A DNA stretch of 24,724 nucleotides from a virus (taxonomy: Duplodnaviria; Caudoviricetes). A model generated the notes under the pieces. The model did no database searches, had not been told where the DNA came from, and worked only from the letters and a program-made list of their open reading frames with translations. Made by a program: the position numbers and the translations under genes. Location: positions 1 to 24,724 of the IMG/VR virus record IMGVR_UViG_3300037307_000012. One strand, 5' to 3'. Below, one piece after another: positions 1-8,587 of the stretch; position 1 is the first letter of the stretch, and the number at the start of each line of letters is the position of its first letter.

Positions 1-1864
1 CGTAGCCCTTCTTGATCTCCGCGAGATTCTTCTGCGCGGCGGCCGTCGCGGCGGCGTCCTCCTTGCCGAGTTGCCGGTTCCACTGCTGGAGTTCGATCAC
101 CGCCTGCGAGTACCGCTGCGCGCCTTCGAGTTGCGCCTGATACTGCTTGAGCGACTCGCCGGTGAGCTTCGCGACGTCGTCGGCCGCCAGAACGGACACG
201 GACGAGTATTGCTGGAGGGCGGAGACGGTCTCCTGCGCGCCGGAGGCGAGCCCCCGGAAGGTCGCCTCCAGCCGCTTGTTCGCGGATTCGACGTCGTTCC
301 CCGACATCTTCGCGAGCCAGCCGCCGAGTTCCTTCCCGTAGTTGGCGGCGATCTCAAGCGCCTCTACGAACCCGGCCGTGACGAGCGAGATCGAGACCGT
401 CTTCGGCAACTTGTCGAGCGCGCCGAGGACACTTGTCGTCGTGTTCTTGAGGACGTTCCCGGCCTTGATGAAGTTGTAGAGACCGTTGACGGCGTAGAGC
501 CCGAGCCCGGTTCCGATGGCGAGGGAGAGGCGTTCTGCCGCGCCGACGATGCCGTCCATGTTCTGCGAGAGGGACCGGAGCGCCCCGGCGGCCTTCTCGC
601 TCGCGCCGGTGCTGTCGTCCAACTGCCCGACGAAGTAGGTCCACTCGTTCGAGACGGACTGAACGGCCCGGCCGATGGTCTGCGGGAGTTGGCCGAACTC
701 GGCCTCCAGGGTAGCCCGCTGACCCTGGATCGCCCGGAGAACCTGCTCGGAGGCGAGCTTGCCCTCCATCCCCATCTTGCGGAGTTCGCTGCGGGCGATG
801 CCCATCCCGTCGGCGATGGCCTGCGCGAGGCGCGGCGCCTGTTCGAGGACGGAGTTCAGTTCCTCGCCGCGCAGCACGCCGGACGCGAACGCCTGCGACA
901 ACTGGATCATGGCGGCGCTCGCCTCCTGCGCCGTCGCGCCGGAGACCGCGAAGCCCTTCGTGATCGTGTCCGTCAGTTGGGATACCTCGTCCTGCGTCAG
1001 TCCGAGGTTCTTCGTAGACGTCGCGAGGCGGGCGTAGAGGGAGGCGACCGATTCGAGCGCCGTCCCCGTCGAGTTCGAGGTCGCCCGTACCGCGTCGAGC
1101 GCCTCGTTCATGCCCTGCTGGCTCCCGGTCGCGATCTTGAGCCGGGCGGCGAGGTTGTTGTAGGCGTCAGCGGTGGCGCCTACCGACTTGGCGGTCTGCA
1201 CGAGCGCGCCGAGGGAGAGCGCGGCGCCGGCGAACTGCGCCATCTTCTGGAACGACGCGGCCGTCGCGTCGGCGCCCTGCCGGACGGAGTCGAGCGCCGG
1301 CCTACCCTTCGCCCCGAGTTGGCCGAGCGAGTTCGCTGCGGCCCGGGCGCTGTTCGCGGTCTCGGTCAGGCGGGTATTGAGCGCCTGCTCTGCGCTCTGG
1401 ACCGCGCGGAGATCCTGGCTCAGTTGGCGCTGCGTGGCGGCGAGGTTCTGGGTCGAGACCCCGGCGTCCGCCATGCGGTTGCGGAGCGCCTGGAGGGAGA
1501 CGGCCGAGCGCTGCCACGCGGCCTCGGTGCTGGTGACCGCCGCGCGAGCCGCCTCGAACTTCGCCTTCATCTGGTCGGTCGGCGAGCCGCTCTGCGCGAT
1601 CTCCCGGCCGAGTGCGGTAGCCTTCGCCCGCGCCGCGTCCATCGCGTCCTTCGTGGACACGACCTCGGCCTTGAGCGCCTTGAAGTTGTTGACGAGCGCC
1701 TGCTGGTTCGCGATCCGCGCCAGTTCTTTCTGGAGCGCGGCAGCGTGGGCCTCGGCGGCATCTGAGGCGACGCCGAGCCCCTTGATTTCCTCTATGAGGT
1801 TCGCAACGTCCGAAAGGCCTTCGGTGGCCGCGCGTATGCGAACGCCAACAGTAGTTTCGGCCAT
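1..1864 (-). CDS. Tail tape measure protein (5' part; runs off the left edge)
   Basis: Not in the ORF track; translated by hand from ATG 1864: MAETTVGVRIRAATEGLSDV..., Ala-rich coiled coil, then the tape-measure domain ...ADAYNNLAARLKIATGS...IQLSQAFASGVLRGEELNSVLEQAPRLAQAIADGMG...EFGQLPQTIGRA. Confidence 0.95.
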   Translation of the reverse strand, partial: MAETTVGVRIRAATEGLSDVANLIEEIKGLGVASDAAEAHAAALQKELARIANQQALVNNFKALKAEVVSTKDAMDAARAKATALGREIAQSGSPTDQMKAKFEAARAAVTSTEAAWQRSAVSLQALRNRMADAGVSTQNLAATQRQLSQDLRAVQSAEQALNTRLTETANSARAAANSLGQLGAKGRPALDSVRQGADATAASFQKMAQFAGAALSLGALVQTAKSVGATADAYNNLAARLKIATGSQQGMNEALDAVRATSNSTGTALESVASLYARLATSTKNLGLTQDEVSQLTDTITKGFAVSGATAQEASAAMIQLSQAFASGVLRGEELNSVLEQAPRLAQAIADGMGIARSELRKMGMEGKLASEQVLRAIQGQRATLEAEFGQLPQTIGRAVQSVSNEWTYFVGQLDDSTGASEKAAGALRSLSQNMDGIVGAAERLSLAIGTGLGLYAVNGLYNFIKAGNVLKNTTTSVLGALDKLPKTVSISLVTAGFVEALEIAANYGKELGGWLAKMSGNDVESANKRLEATFRGLASGAQETVSALQQYSSVSVLAADDVAKLTGESLKQYQAQLEGAQRYSQAVIELQQWNRQLGKEDAAATAAAQKNLAEIKKGY

Positions 1865-1882
1865 GACTCACCGAGAAGTGGT

Positions 1883-1898
1883 GCGCCGTCCGTGGCGC
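1883..1898 (-). promoter_or_regulatory. Small hairpin with ACGGAC loop upstream of the tape measure start (possible CsrA/RsmA-type site)
   Basis: Minus strand GCGCC-ACGGAC-GGCGC, 18 nt before the ATG; a second CAGGAC lies just upstream. Confidence 0.35.
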
Positions 1899-1920
1899 GG
1901 GGAGTCCTGGGAAAGAGCGA

Positions 1921-2670
1921 TTACCCTGCGAGGGCGCGGTAATACTTCGACTTGCCGGCGCCGGTCTTCGTCGTGTCTGCCTGGAGCTTGCCCTCAATCG
2001 AGAGCGCCGCGAAGTCGTCGCCGATGAGGTCGATCTGCTTCGCCGCGCCGATCTTGACGCGGAACAGTTCGACGTTCATGACCTTGCCGCCGTTCGCCTC
2101 GTTCACGCCCTCGAAGTACATCTGGAGGGTGACGGCGGACGCGGTAAGCGCCTCGATGACGTTGTAGCCGGCATAGGTGTAGGTGACCTCGATGGTCGAT
2201 CCCTCGGCGCCAGTGAACGTGTCGAGGATGTAGATGCCGCCGGTCCGGACCTCGTAGTCCGTGCCCGCCGTATAGGTGACGGTCGCGCCGTCGTTCTTGA
2301 CGGAGACGGTCGTCGGGTTCGGGTGGGCCAGCACCACGAGCGAGTTCTTGTAGGCGACATGCTCCTCCGACGTGACGGTCGCGCCAGCGACGGCCGTCGC
2401 CTCGCCGAACACCGCGCGAGCGAAGTTCGTCGGGTTGAGGTCGGTCATGTCGAAGGAGACCGGGATCGCCTTGACGCGGTTGACCGAGGCGTAGACGCCG
2501 CCGCCGGCCTGCGTAAAGTCCTGCTGCTCCTTCGTCTCCTCATCGAACCCAATCGTGAGCTTGGAGACGTTGCCGACGTGGACGAGGCCCCCGGTCACGC
2601 CTTCCTCTTTCGCGTAGACCTTGCCGGCGCCAATGTAGGGGTAATAGACAACGGGTGCAGTCATGGTCAT
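1921..2670 (-). CDS. Major tail (tube) protein
   Basis: 249 aa, beta-rich: YIGAGKVY, VGNVSKLTI, central Ig-like insert YTAGTDYEV, C-terminal FEGVNEANGG..VELFRVK...LIGDDFAAL. Directly upstream of the tape measure gene. Confidence 0.85.
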   Translation of the reverse strand: MTMTAPVVYYPYIGAGKVYAKEEGVTGGLVHVGNVSKLTIGFDEETKEQQDFTQAGGGVYASVNRVKAIPVSFDMTDLNPTNFARAVFGEATAVAGATVTSEEHVAYKNSLVVLAHPNPTTVSVKNDGATVTYTAGTDYEVRTGGIYILDTFTGAEGSTIEVTYTYAGYNVIEALTASAVTLQMYFEGVNEANGGKVMNVELFRVKIGAAKQIDLIGDDFAALSIEGKLQADTTKTGAGKSKYYRALAG

Positions 2671-2858
2671 TGACTCCTAAGTTGCGGTTGAAAGACGGCC
2701 TCGTCGCCAATGACGCGCCGAAGGATCGCCGGACAGTCCGGCTGACGGGCGATGCTCGCGAGTAGCTCGGGATGGACGCGCGAGACGAGCCAGCGCATCG
2801 CGTCCACGACTTCTCCCCATGCCTCCACGAGCGTCCTCTCGCGAGTTCCGTTCACCAT
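2667..2858 (-). CDS. Hypothetical protein (63 aa)
   Basis: MVNGTRERTLVEAWGEVVDAMRW...; TGATG overlap with the endolysin stop and ATGA overlap with the tail gene; GAGG upstream. Confidence 0.6.
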   Translation of the reverse strand: MVNGTRERTLVEAWGEVVDAMRWLVSRVHPELLASIARQPDCPAILRRVIGDEAVFQPQLRSQ

Positions 2859-3442
2859 CACGCGACCTCGCTCCGGGCCTGCTTGACGAGGCCGAGGATC
2901 TGATCGAGTAGCTCGGGGAGAACGGTGGAGCGCGCAGCCGAGACGCTCTGCTCGCTCGCGAGAAGGCAGGCCGGAACCCGGTAGAACCAGTGGTGTCCGA
3001 ACTTCGAGACGTTCTTGTTGGCCGCGTAGCGCGTGCAGCGCCGCGAGACGTATTCGGCCACGACCCACGCCTCGCCGCGCGCGTCGAGGGTATCGTGCAG
3101 CGCCGCGAGCGTAGCCGGACCGATGATCCCGTCCTGTGACGCGTGAACGATCTCTTGAAGCGCCATCGAGGCGAATCCCTTCCCCTGATTGACCGCGCAA
3201 TCGAGCATGATGAACGCGAGGCGAGGCGCGAAGTCGGCGACGCGCCCGGCCGTCGGCGCCCAGTATTCGTCGGCGTAGATTTTCGCCGCCTGCGCCTTCG
3301 TCAGATTGCGGATGTCGAGGCTCGGGTGCGCCCGCTTCGAGATCCCGAAGTTGGTCTCGCCGCCCGGGTCGTCCGGGTTGTTCGCATACCCGCCCTCGAT
3401 GTCCGGGCGGAGGATGAAGTCGATGGCCGCCTCGCGGATCAT
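2858..3442 (-). CDS. Endolysin, glycoside hydrolase family 108 (secretion activator-like) with peptidoglycan-binding segment
   Basis: Start moved to ATG 3442 (ATGA overlap with holin). EGGYANNPDDPGGETNFGIS, DCAVNQG, QDGIIGPATL and FGHHWFYRV motifs. Confidence 0.93.
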   Translation of the reverse strand: MIREAAIDFILRPDIEGGYANNPDDPGGETNFGISKRAHPSLDIRNLTKAQAAKIYADEYWAPTAGRVADFAPRLAFIMLDCAVNQGKGFASMALQEIVHASQDGIIGPATLAALHDTLDARGEAWVVAEYVSRRCTRYAANKNVSKFGHHWFYRVPACLLASEQSVSAARSTVLPELLDQILGLVKQARSEVA

Positions 3443-3969
3443 CGGAGCGCCTCCGCCTTCGCGAGGAGTTCGGTCTTGCGGGCGCCGCTCGCGGTGCTGC
3501 CGACGTAGTAGGTCACGCAGGCGATCCAACTCGTCGCGAGCGCGCCGAGCATCGTGTAGAGGACGTCGGCGCCTTCCGCCGGGGCGCCCTTGAGCAGCAG
3601 GAAGAACAGGACGCCGAAGAACCCGAGCGTGACGATGAGCGTCAGGGCGCGCGGGGTCCAGATGTCGCCCGTCGCGACCTCGCGTTGGCGGGCGTTCGCC
3701 CGGTCCTCGTTCGCGAGCCGGTCGATGTCGACGCCGAGCGCCGCCATGTCCTTCTGGAACTGGATGCTCGCCTGCTTGAGGGCGATCAACTGGTCGGGGC
3801 TCGCCGTCTTGACCGCTCGCGCGATCTCGTCCTCGGAGACGTCGGTCTGCCCCTCGCCGAGGATCGTGTCCACGATGACCTTGGTCGCCATCCCGGCCAA
3901 CGGAGTCCCGAAGGCGGAAGCGAGCGCGGGCGCTATCGTCTTGACGAGGTCTTTCCAATCAACGTCCAC
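3439..3969 (-). CDS. Holin (3TM/GTA-holin-like)
   Basis: WKDLVKTIAPALASAFGTPLAGMA N-terminus, EDRANARQRE, two C-terminal hydrophobic helices ending YYVGSTASGARK; adjacent to the endolysin. Confidence 0.85.
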   Translation of the reverse strand: MDVDWKDLVKTIAPALASAFGTPLAGMATKVIVDTILGEGQTDVSEDEIARAVKTASPDQLIALKQASIQFQKDMAALGVDIDRLANEDRANARQREVATGDIWTPRALTLIVTLGFFGVLFFLLLKGAPAEGADVLYTMLGALATSWIACVTYYVGSTASGARKTELLAKAEALR

Positions 3970-4068
3970 TCACCACCCCCTGAACCAATCGGCGATCTGT
4001 ACGACGGCGAGGAGGACGACGAGGACCGCGCCGACGATGAAGACCGGATCTGTTCCCGTTACCGCCAT
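3970..4068 (-). CDS. Small single-TM protein (32 aa) in the lysis cassette
   Basis: MAVTGTDPVFIVGAVLVVLLAVVQIADWFRGW fills the gap between neighbouring genes almost exactly. Confidence 0.5.
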   Translation of the reverse strand: MAVTGTDPVFIVGAVLVVLLAVVQIADWFRGW

Positions 4069-4070
4069 GA

Positions 4071-4475
4071 CTAGCCGCCGTTGTGGAGCCGGTAGAAGAA
4101 CTGAACGCCGGCGACGATCAGCGCCGCGCCGACCCCGATCCCGACGACCCACGCCTTGAGGCCGGCGAGGCGCTCCGCGCATATCTGCTGCGCGTCGGCG
4201 AGCTTGCTGACCTTGCGGCTGATCTCGTCGTCCTTGTCGAAGTCCACGACCTCGTGCGACTTGAAGGCGTCGAGCATCTCCTGATGGTTCTTGTCGATGG
4301 AGGCGAGAACGTCGCGCCGCATGACGTCCATCTTGTCGCGCAGGGAATCTAAGCCCTGCCGGAGGAGGGTGATCTCTTTCTCGTGCCCTTCGAGACGTCC
4401 TTCCATCTTCGACATCCGCTCACGGAGCGGACTGATGTGCTCGTGGATGTCGATGCGAAGGCGCTCGTGTTCCAT
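4071..4475 (-). CDS. Coiled-coil protein with C-terminal TM helix (XhlA-like architecture, lysis-associated)
   Basis: MEHERLRIDIHEHISPLRERMSKMEGRLEGHEKEI...WVVGIGVGAALIVAGVQFF; GGAGCAGGA before ATG 4475 (alternative start 4493). Confidence 0.7.
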   Translation of the reverse strand: MEHERLRIDIHEHISPLRERMSKMEGRLEGHEKEITLLRQGLDSLRDKMDVMRRDVLASIDKNHQEMLDAFKSHEVVDFDKDDEISRKVSKLADAQQICAERLAGLKAWVVGIGVGAALIVAGVQFFYRLHNGG

Positions 4476-4492
4476 AGTTTCCTGCTCCAGCA

Positions 4493-4921
4493 TTACGTCC
4501 CAACTCCAAGAGGTCTGCGCGCGGTAAAGGTCTCCTGCCAAATGAGAACTTGATCCGTGTAGCCGACGGGCGCTGCGTCGCTAAACTCGAAGGGGAGGCG
4601 CGTCGAATCCGGCCGCCAGCGCCACAGGGCGCCGCGAACGGAATCCGCGAGGGCGCGGAGTTCCTCAGACGCGGCCTCGCCGCGAGCGTCGCTGACGTTC
4701 TGGCACGCGATGACGACGGCGAACGACTCAACGAGGATCCGGTAGCGTTTGGCGCCGTCCTGAACCTCGATGACTTGCTCCCTCGCCGGCATGACGAACG
4801 CGGCGGGGAGGACGGGCGCCGTCGCATCCTCAAGCCCGGTGTAGTCGGCGATGCCGGCGACACGCGCGAGACTCGGGACGGCCGCTTGGAGGCGCTCGAT
4901 GATGGGGGAGAGATTCAGCAC
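4493..4921 (-). CDS. Tail terminator / Mu gp37-like protein
   Basis: IIERLQAAVP, PAAFVMP, FAVVIACQN, VRGALWRWRP, WQETFT; follows the gp36-like gene. Confidence 0.8.
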   Translation of the reverse strand: MLNLSPIIERLQAAVPSLARVAGIADYTGLEDATAPVLPAAFVMPAREQVIEVQDGAKRYRILVESFAVVIACQNVSDARGEAASEELRALADSVRGALWRWRPDSTRLPFEFSDAAPVGYTDQVLIWQETFTARRPLGVGT

Positions 4922-4924
4922 CGT

Positions 4925-5344
4925 TCACCCCATCCTCGCCAGTAGCTCGTCAGTAAAGATGAGGTCGGAGGAGGAGACCGCTATGCCTCCGCCGGCCTCG
5001 CCATCGTTCGCCGGGAGCGCGCCGGCGATTACCGCGCGCCCCGCCGCGACGTCCTTGAGCCACGCGATGGCCTCCTCGTACCGGGAGCGAACCTCGTCGG
5101 TGACGCGGTCGTCGTACAGCATGAAGCGCGCGATGTCGCTCGCGCGGCGGACGAGATCCGCCGGGGTCGGGTCGGGGATGATGAAGCGCCCACCCAAGCG
5201 ACTGTCGATCTCCGCCGTCGCGTCGGCGACGGCCAGATCGACAACCTCCTGGCCTATTTCTCCCGTGCGAGCGCGGTCGGAGAGTTGGATGATCTCCGCC
5301 TCTCCGAACCGCGTCGTCAGGTCTTCCGTTGTGCAGTAGCTCAT
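4925..5344 (-). CDS. Mu gp36-like head-tail adaptor (DUF1320)
   Basis: MSYCTTEDLTTRFGEAEIIQLSDR, DATAEIDSRLGGRF, DIARFMLY, RYEEAIAWLKDVAAG. Confidence 0.93.
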   Translation of the reverse strand: MSYCTTEDLTTRFGEAEIIQLSDRARTGEIGQEVVDLAVADATAEIDSRLGGRFIIPDPTPADLVRRASDIARFMLYDDRVTDEVRSRYEEAIAWLKDVAAGRAVIAGALPANDGEAGGGIAVSSSDLIFTDELLARMG

Positions 5345-5353
5345 CCGGTTCGC

Positions 5354-5377
5354 CCGGGCGGGAGTTACCCCGCCCGG
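5354..5377 (-). other. GC-rich stem-loop after the capsid gene (mRNA stabiliser or weak terminator)
   Basis: CCGGGCGGG-N6-CCCGCCCGG, perfect 9-bp stem; no U-tract. Confidence 0.5.
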
Positions 5378-5386
5378 ACCTCTCGG

Positions 5387-6370
5387 TTAGTTGCTCGTCT
5401 TGACCTCGACCAGAACGGCCGGGCGCAGGCAGAGCGGCAGCGGGTGCGACTGCGTGTGGACGATGTAGCCGCGCCCCATCTCCTCCTCCATGACCTTCGC
5501 GTAGTACAACTGGCCCATCTGGCCGACGGTCTCGTTGAAGTCCGCCGGAGCCGCGAAGGTCTGGAAGGTCTGCGTGGTGCCGACCGGGAACGCCTGACCG
5601 TAGTCAGCGGTGATGAACCGCGTCCCGTTCACGCTCGCGCGGTACTCCTCGAAGGTGATCGAGCCGAAGGTGAAGCCCTTCCGCATGTCACCGCCCAGCC
5701 TGTTCGCCGCCTCCTGATAGTTGGCGTAGGCCTCCTTGACCTTCGCGTGGTTGACGAGCTTGTCGAAGAACTCCTGCGAGACGAGGGCGCGGACGCCGGA
5801 CGCCATCTCGCCGAGGAGGTTGTCCTCGATATGGCGGACGACCTCCATGCACTTCCCGCGAACGTCGGTCGTAGACGTCCCGAGGACGAAGTCCACGGAC
5901 TTCTTGACGATCCCGAAGTCGGTGAACAGGTCAACGATGGTGTTACCGCCACCGTCCACCACGACGCCCTTGAGGGCGCCCATGCGGAGATATTCGAGGG
6001 TCTGGTCGTGCTTCGCGCGGGCGGTCTCCATCCGCTGATTCAGGTACGACGCGACCGCCGCCTGACCGTCGACGCCGAACTGCCGGAGGCCGACGACGTC
6101 GTAGGGGGAGACGCGCTCGTCGTAGACGAACGACGGGACGGTGAACGTCCGGACCTTGCGCTTGCCGATGGTTCCGACCTGACCCGGGGCGCCGTACTCG
6201 GTCGCGGTCAGCAGGGAGAGCGAGCCGCCCTGCTCCTCGACCATGACGGTGTTGTTGATGACGCCCTTGACCGGGAACAGGCCAAGCTCGTTCAGGCGAC
6301 CGTAGCGGTTCGGGATGACGTTGATGGCCGCGCTTATGTCGGCCGTGGTGAAAATGCCGAAGGGGTTCAT
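5387..6370 (-). CDS. Major capsid protein (lambda gpE-like family)
   Basis: 327 aa: AINVIPNRYGRLNELGLF, HDQTLEYLRMGALKG, FAAPADFNETV, QSHPLPLCLRPAVLV; GAGGAGG RBS. Confidence 0.95.
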   Translation of the reverse strand: MNPFGIFTTADISAAINVIPNRYGRLNELGLFPVKGVINNTVMVEEQGGSLSLLTATEYGAPGQVGTIGKRKVRTFTVPSFVYDERVSPYDVVGLRQFGVDGQAAVASYLNQRMETARAKHDQTLEYLRMGALKGVVVDGGGNTIVDLFTDFGIVKKSVDFVLGTSTTDVRGKCMEVVRHIEDNLLGEMASGVRALVSQEFFDKLVNHAKVKEAYANYQEAANRLGGDMRKGFTFGSITFEEYRASVNGTRFITADYGQAFPVGTTQTFQTFAAPADFNETVGQMGQLYYAKVMEEEMGRGYIVHTQSHPLPLCLRPAVLVEVKTSN

Positions 6371-6381
6371 GGTCGTCCTCC

Positions 6382-6768
6382 TCAGATCGCGCTACGGCAG
6401 AGAATGTTGAGCGCCTTGAGGTCAACCACTGCGGCGTCCTTCTCGCCTTGGGTGGTGACGCCGGCGCCCCATGCGAGGGCTTCGGTCGCGAGAATGGCGG
6501 GACCGCGCACGAGCGCGACGCCCTTCTTGTCGCCCCCGCTGGCATCGACGGCGAACAGCAGGATGCCGCTCGCGGTCTGCGAGCCATCGACGGCGTCGTT
6601 GTCGTAGGCCTTGACCTTGCCCGACGCGGTCACGGTCCCGAGGACCGTTCCGGCCAGGAGGTTCTGGCCGGACAGGACCGTGACGGTCTCGCGGCAGAAC
6701 TGAACCTCGGGCGCCTCCTCGTACTTGAGGAAGTCACTGAGTTGTGCGGCTTCGGTGTAGGTGGTCAT
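6382..6768 (-). CDS. Head decoration protein (lambda gpD-like)
   Basis: LSDFLKYEE, RETVTVLSGQNLLAGTVLGTVTASGK, DGSQTASGILL, VALVRGP; immediately upstream of the capsid gene. Confidence 0.9.
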   Translation of the reverse strand: MTTYTEAAQLSDFLKYEEAPEVQFCRETVTVLSGQNLLAGTVLGTVTASGKVKAYDNDAVDGSQTASGILLFAVDASGGDKKGVALVRGPAILATEALAWGAGVTTQGEKDAAVVDLKALNILCRSAI

Positions 6769-6780
6769 CCTTCAGTCTCC

Positions 6781-7131
6781 TCAAGCGTGGTAGCGAGCCT
6801 TCGCGGCCTTCGTCAGCGGGCCGTCGGAGGCCGGCTGCGCGGAGGTCGTGTCGGTGGCGGTCTGGTGGAACAGGTGCTCGGGGACCGGGGCCGCCAGCGA
6901 CTTGACGAGGTTGAGGGTCGCGGCGAACTGCTCGTCGGTCATACCGAACATGACCTCCTTCTCGGCGTCCGCGAGCTTGAAGGTCGACAGCGCGGCCTCG
7001 CGCTCCGCCTTTACCTTCGCGGCGAACTTCGCCCGGAGATCGGCGATCTCGGTAGTCAGTGCCTCGTTCCGCGCTTTCTCCTCAGCGAGTTCGGCGCGGA
7101 GCGAGTCGAGTTCCTGGGTGTTGTCAGGCAT
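6781..7131 (-). CDS. Probable nested scaffolding protein (internal in-frame start)
   Basis: AGGAG at 7142-7138 precedes an in-frame ATG (MPDNTQELDSLRAELAEEK...) exactly at the protease/coiled-coil boundary. Confidence 0.65.
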   Translation of the reverse strand: MPDNTQELDSLRAELAEEKARNEALTTEIADLRAKFAAKVKAEREAALSTFKLADAEKEVMFGMTDEQFAATLNLVKSLAAPVPEHLFHQTATDTTSAQPASDGPLTKAAKARYHA

Positions 7132-7632
7132 CGGTGGCTCCTGTGGTTTGAACAAATGCGCGGAGGTGCGCGGGTCGGCGCCGACGGGGACGAACGAAAG
7201 CTCGCGCACGGCGGCGTTCTCGAAGACGGCCTCGACGTTCAGTTCGCGGCCGTTGAGGTGAACCGGCTTGCCGCCGGTCTTGCGGACGTCGGCGTTGATC
7301 CCGACGGACAGTTGAATCGGGTGGCCCGCCTTCATCAGGGCGGTCACCATCTTGCCGGCCTCGGTGACGGCGTTGAGCTTCCCGACCGCGACGAGCTTCC
7401 CGTCCTCGACCGCGAGGTCGGCAAAGCCAGCCGTCGAGCGGATCGAGTTGTCGTGGTCGATGAGGACCGGGGTCGGGTTCGATAGCTTGATCGTCGCGAG
7501 GTCGATGGCGACGTCGCCGTGGAACCCGTAGTCCGTAATGACGTCGCCGGAGTAGGCGACGGCACGGAACCGGCCGGCGGACTCCGGATCGAGGGAGACG
7601 TCGGCGGCGAAGCGAAGGAGGCTAGTGTCCAT
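6781..7632 (-). CDS. Prohead protease fused to C-terminal scaffolding region
   Basis: FRAVAYSG, PVLIDHD, QLSVGI, RELSFVPVGADPRT followed by a coiled coil. Start moved to ATG 7632 (7644 possible) because the longer ORF overlaps the gpG-like gene. Confidence 0.88.
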   Translation of the reverse strand: MDTSLLRFAADVSLDPESAGRFRAVAYSGDVITDYGFHGDVAIDLATIKLSNPTPVLIDHDNSIRSTAGFADLAVEDGKLVAVGKLNAVTEAGKMVTALMKAGHPIQLSVGINADVRKTGGKPVHLNGRELNVEAVFENAAVRELSFVPVGADPRTSAHLFKPQEPPMPDNTQELDSLRAELAEEKARNEALTTEIADLRAKFAAKVKAEREAALSTFKLADAEKEVMFGMTDEQFAATLNLVKSLAAPVPEHLFHQTATDTTSAQPASDGPLTKAAKARYHA

Positions 7633-7663
7633 GCCGCGTAGCATGGGAGCCGCGCGGCCCGGC

Positions 7664-7684
7664 GTAAGAGTGACGCTCGTCAGT
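7664..7684 (-). promoter_or_regulatory. Putative activator-binding late promoter element (copy B)
   Basis: Minus strand ACTGACGAGCGTCACTCTTAC in the 56-bp gap before the protease; matches copy A at 18737-18757. Confidence 0.6.
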
Positions 7685-7688
7685 AGCC

Positions 7689-8264
7689 CTAGACGGGCGT
7701 GAGTCGGATCAACCTCTGGATCATCTGGACGATCTCGCTCTCCATCGACGGCGGAAGGCCTCGGGAGTCGGGCAGGAACGGCCGGGCCGGGATCTTGATC
7801 GTGTAGGGGCCGGTCGTGTAGCGGACCGTCCGCGCCTTCTTGTGCCGGTCCTTCGCGAACACCGAGCGCCCCGCCGCGTTCTTCCGGAGCCGGACCCACG
7901 ACGAGTAGGGCGCGCGGTTGATGGTAGCGCCGAACTCGTGAGTGGGGCCATAGACCCGGTCCGTGCCGATCAGGACGGAGTCGCCCTCGACCTTCGCGTG
8001 GAGCGAGTTCCGGAGCGCGCCGGTATCGAGGAGGATCTTGTGGCCGCCGGACCCCTTACCCTTCCGCCGCTTCGCGACAGTCGAGGACTTGAGCGGTTGC
8101 CACGGGGCGCCGTAGGGGTCATGCGAGGTCTCGAACGTCTTCAGCGACGAGTTCAGCACCAAGTCGCCGATGTCCTTGAGGAACCACCGGATGTCCCCGG
8201 ATAGGCCGGCGAGGCGCCCGAGCAGGCGCGACGCCTCGGAATCTACGACCTCGACGGTGAACAT
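7689..8264 (-). CDS. Phage virion morphogenesis protein (Mu gpG-like)
   Basis: ATG 8264 with AGGAGG RBS; DPYGAPWQPLKSST, KILLDTGALRNSL, IGTDRVYGPTHEFG, IPARPFLP. Confidence 0.92.
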   Translation of the reverse strand: MFTVEVVDSEASRLLGRLAGLSGDIRWFLKDIGDLVLNSSLKTFETSHDPYGAPWQPLKSSTVAKRRKGKGSGGHKILLDTGALRNSLHAKVEGDSVLIGTDRVYGPTHEFGATINRAPYSSWVRLRKNAAGRSVFAKDRHKKARTVRYTTGPYTIKIPARPFLPDSRGLPPSMESEIVQMIQRLIRLTPV

Positions 8265-8272
8265 GGCGCCTC

Positions 8273-8587
8273 CTAGTAGACCACTCCGGGGCCGCCGTCG
8301 TCGGTGTCGGCGATCTTCTGGGCGATCAGCGCGGCGTGAGCGGCCTTGAGTTGGTCGGGGACCGTGAAGAACTTGTAGAGGATGACGGCCAACTCGGCCG
8401 GGCTTCGGTACGGACGCCGGACCGGGTAGAAGGCCGGATAGGGGTCCGAGACGAGACCGCCGTCCTCGATGACCTCCTCGATGGCGTCGATGACGCGAGG
8501 GGCCATCGGCCCGGTGATTTCTCCGGTCTCCGGGTTCCACTCGATGTAGCCGGCGAGCGGGTTGGCTGGGTCTAGGATGAATTTCAT
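8273..8587 (-). CDS. Hypothetical 104-aa protein; candidate immunity protein of the MuF toxin
   Basis: ATGA-coupled to the MuF stop; small and acidic; lies between MuF and gpG-like genes. The immunity role is inference. Confidence 0.7.
   Translation of the reverse strand: MKFILDPANPLAGYIEWNPETGEITGPMAPRVIDAIEEVIEDGGLVSDPYPAFYPVRRPYRSPAELAVILYKFFTVPDQLKAAHAALIAQKIADTDDGGPGVVY

Noticed and set aside
71-1765. 564-aa plus-strand ORF, and other long plus-strand ORFs (5285-6607, 8668-10077, 18049-19266, 20763-21902)
   Set aside because: Antisense shadows of well-supported minus-strand genes in high-GC DNA; no recognisable motifs.
5354-5377. Intrinsic terminator after the capsid gene
   Set aside because: Strong stem but no U-tract; kept only as a hairpin.
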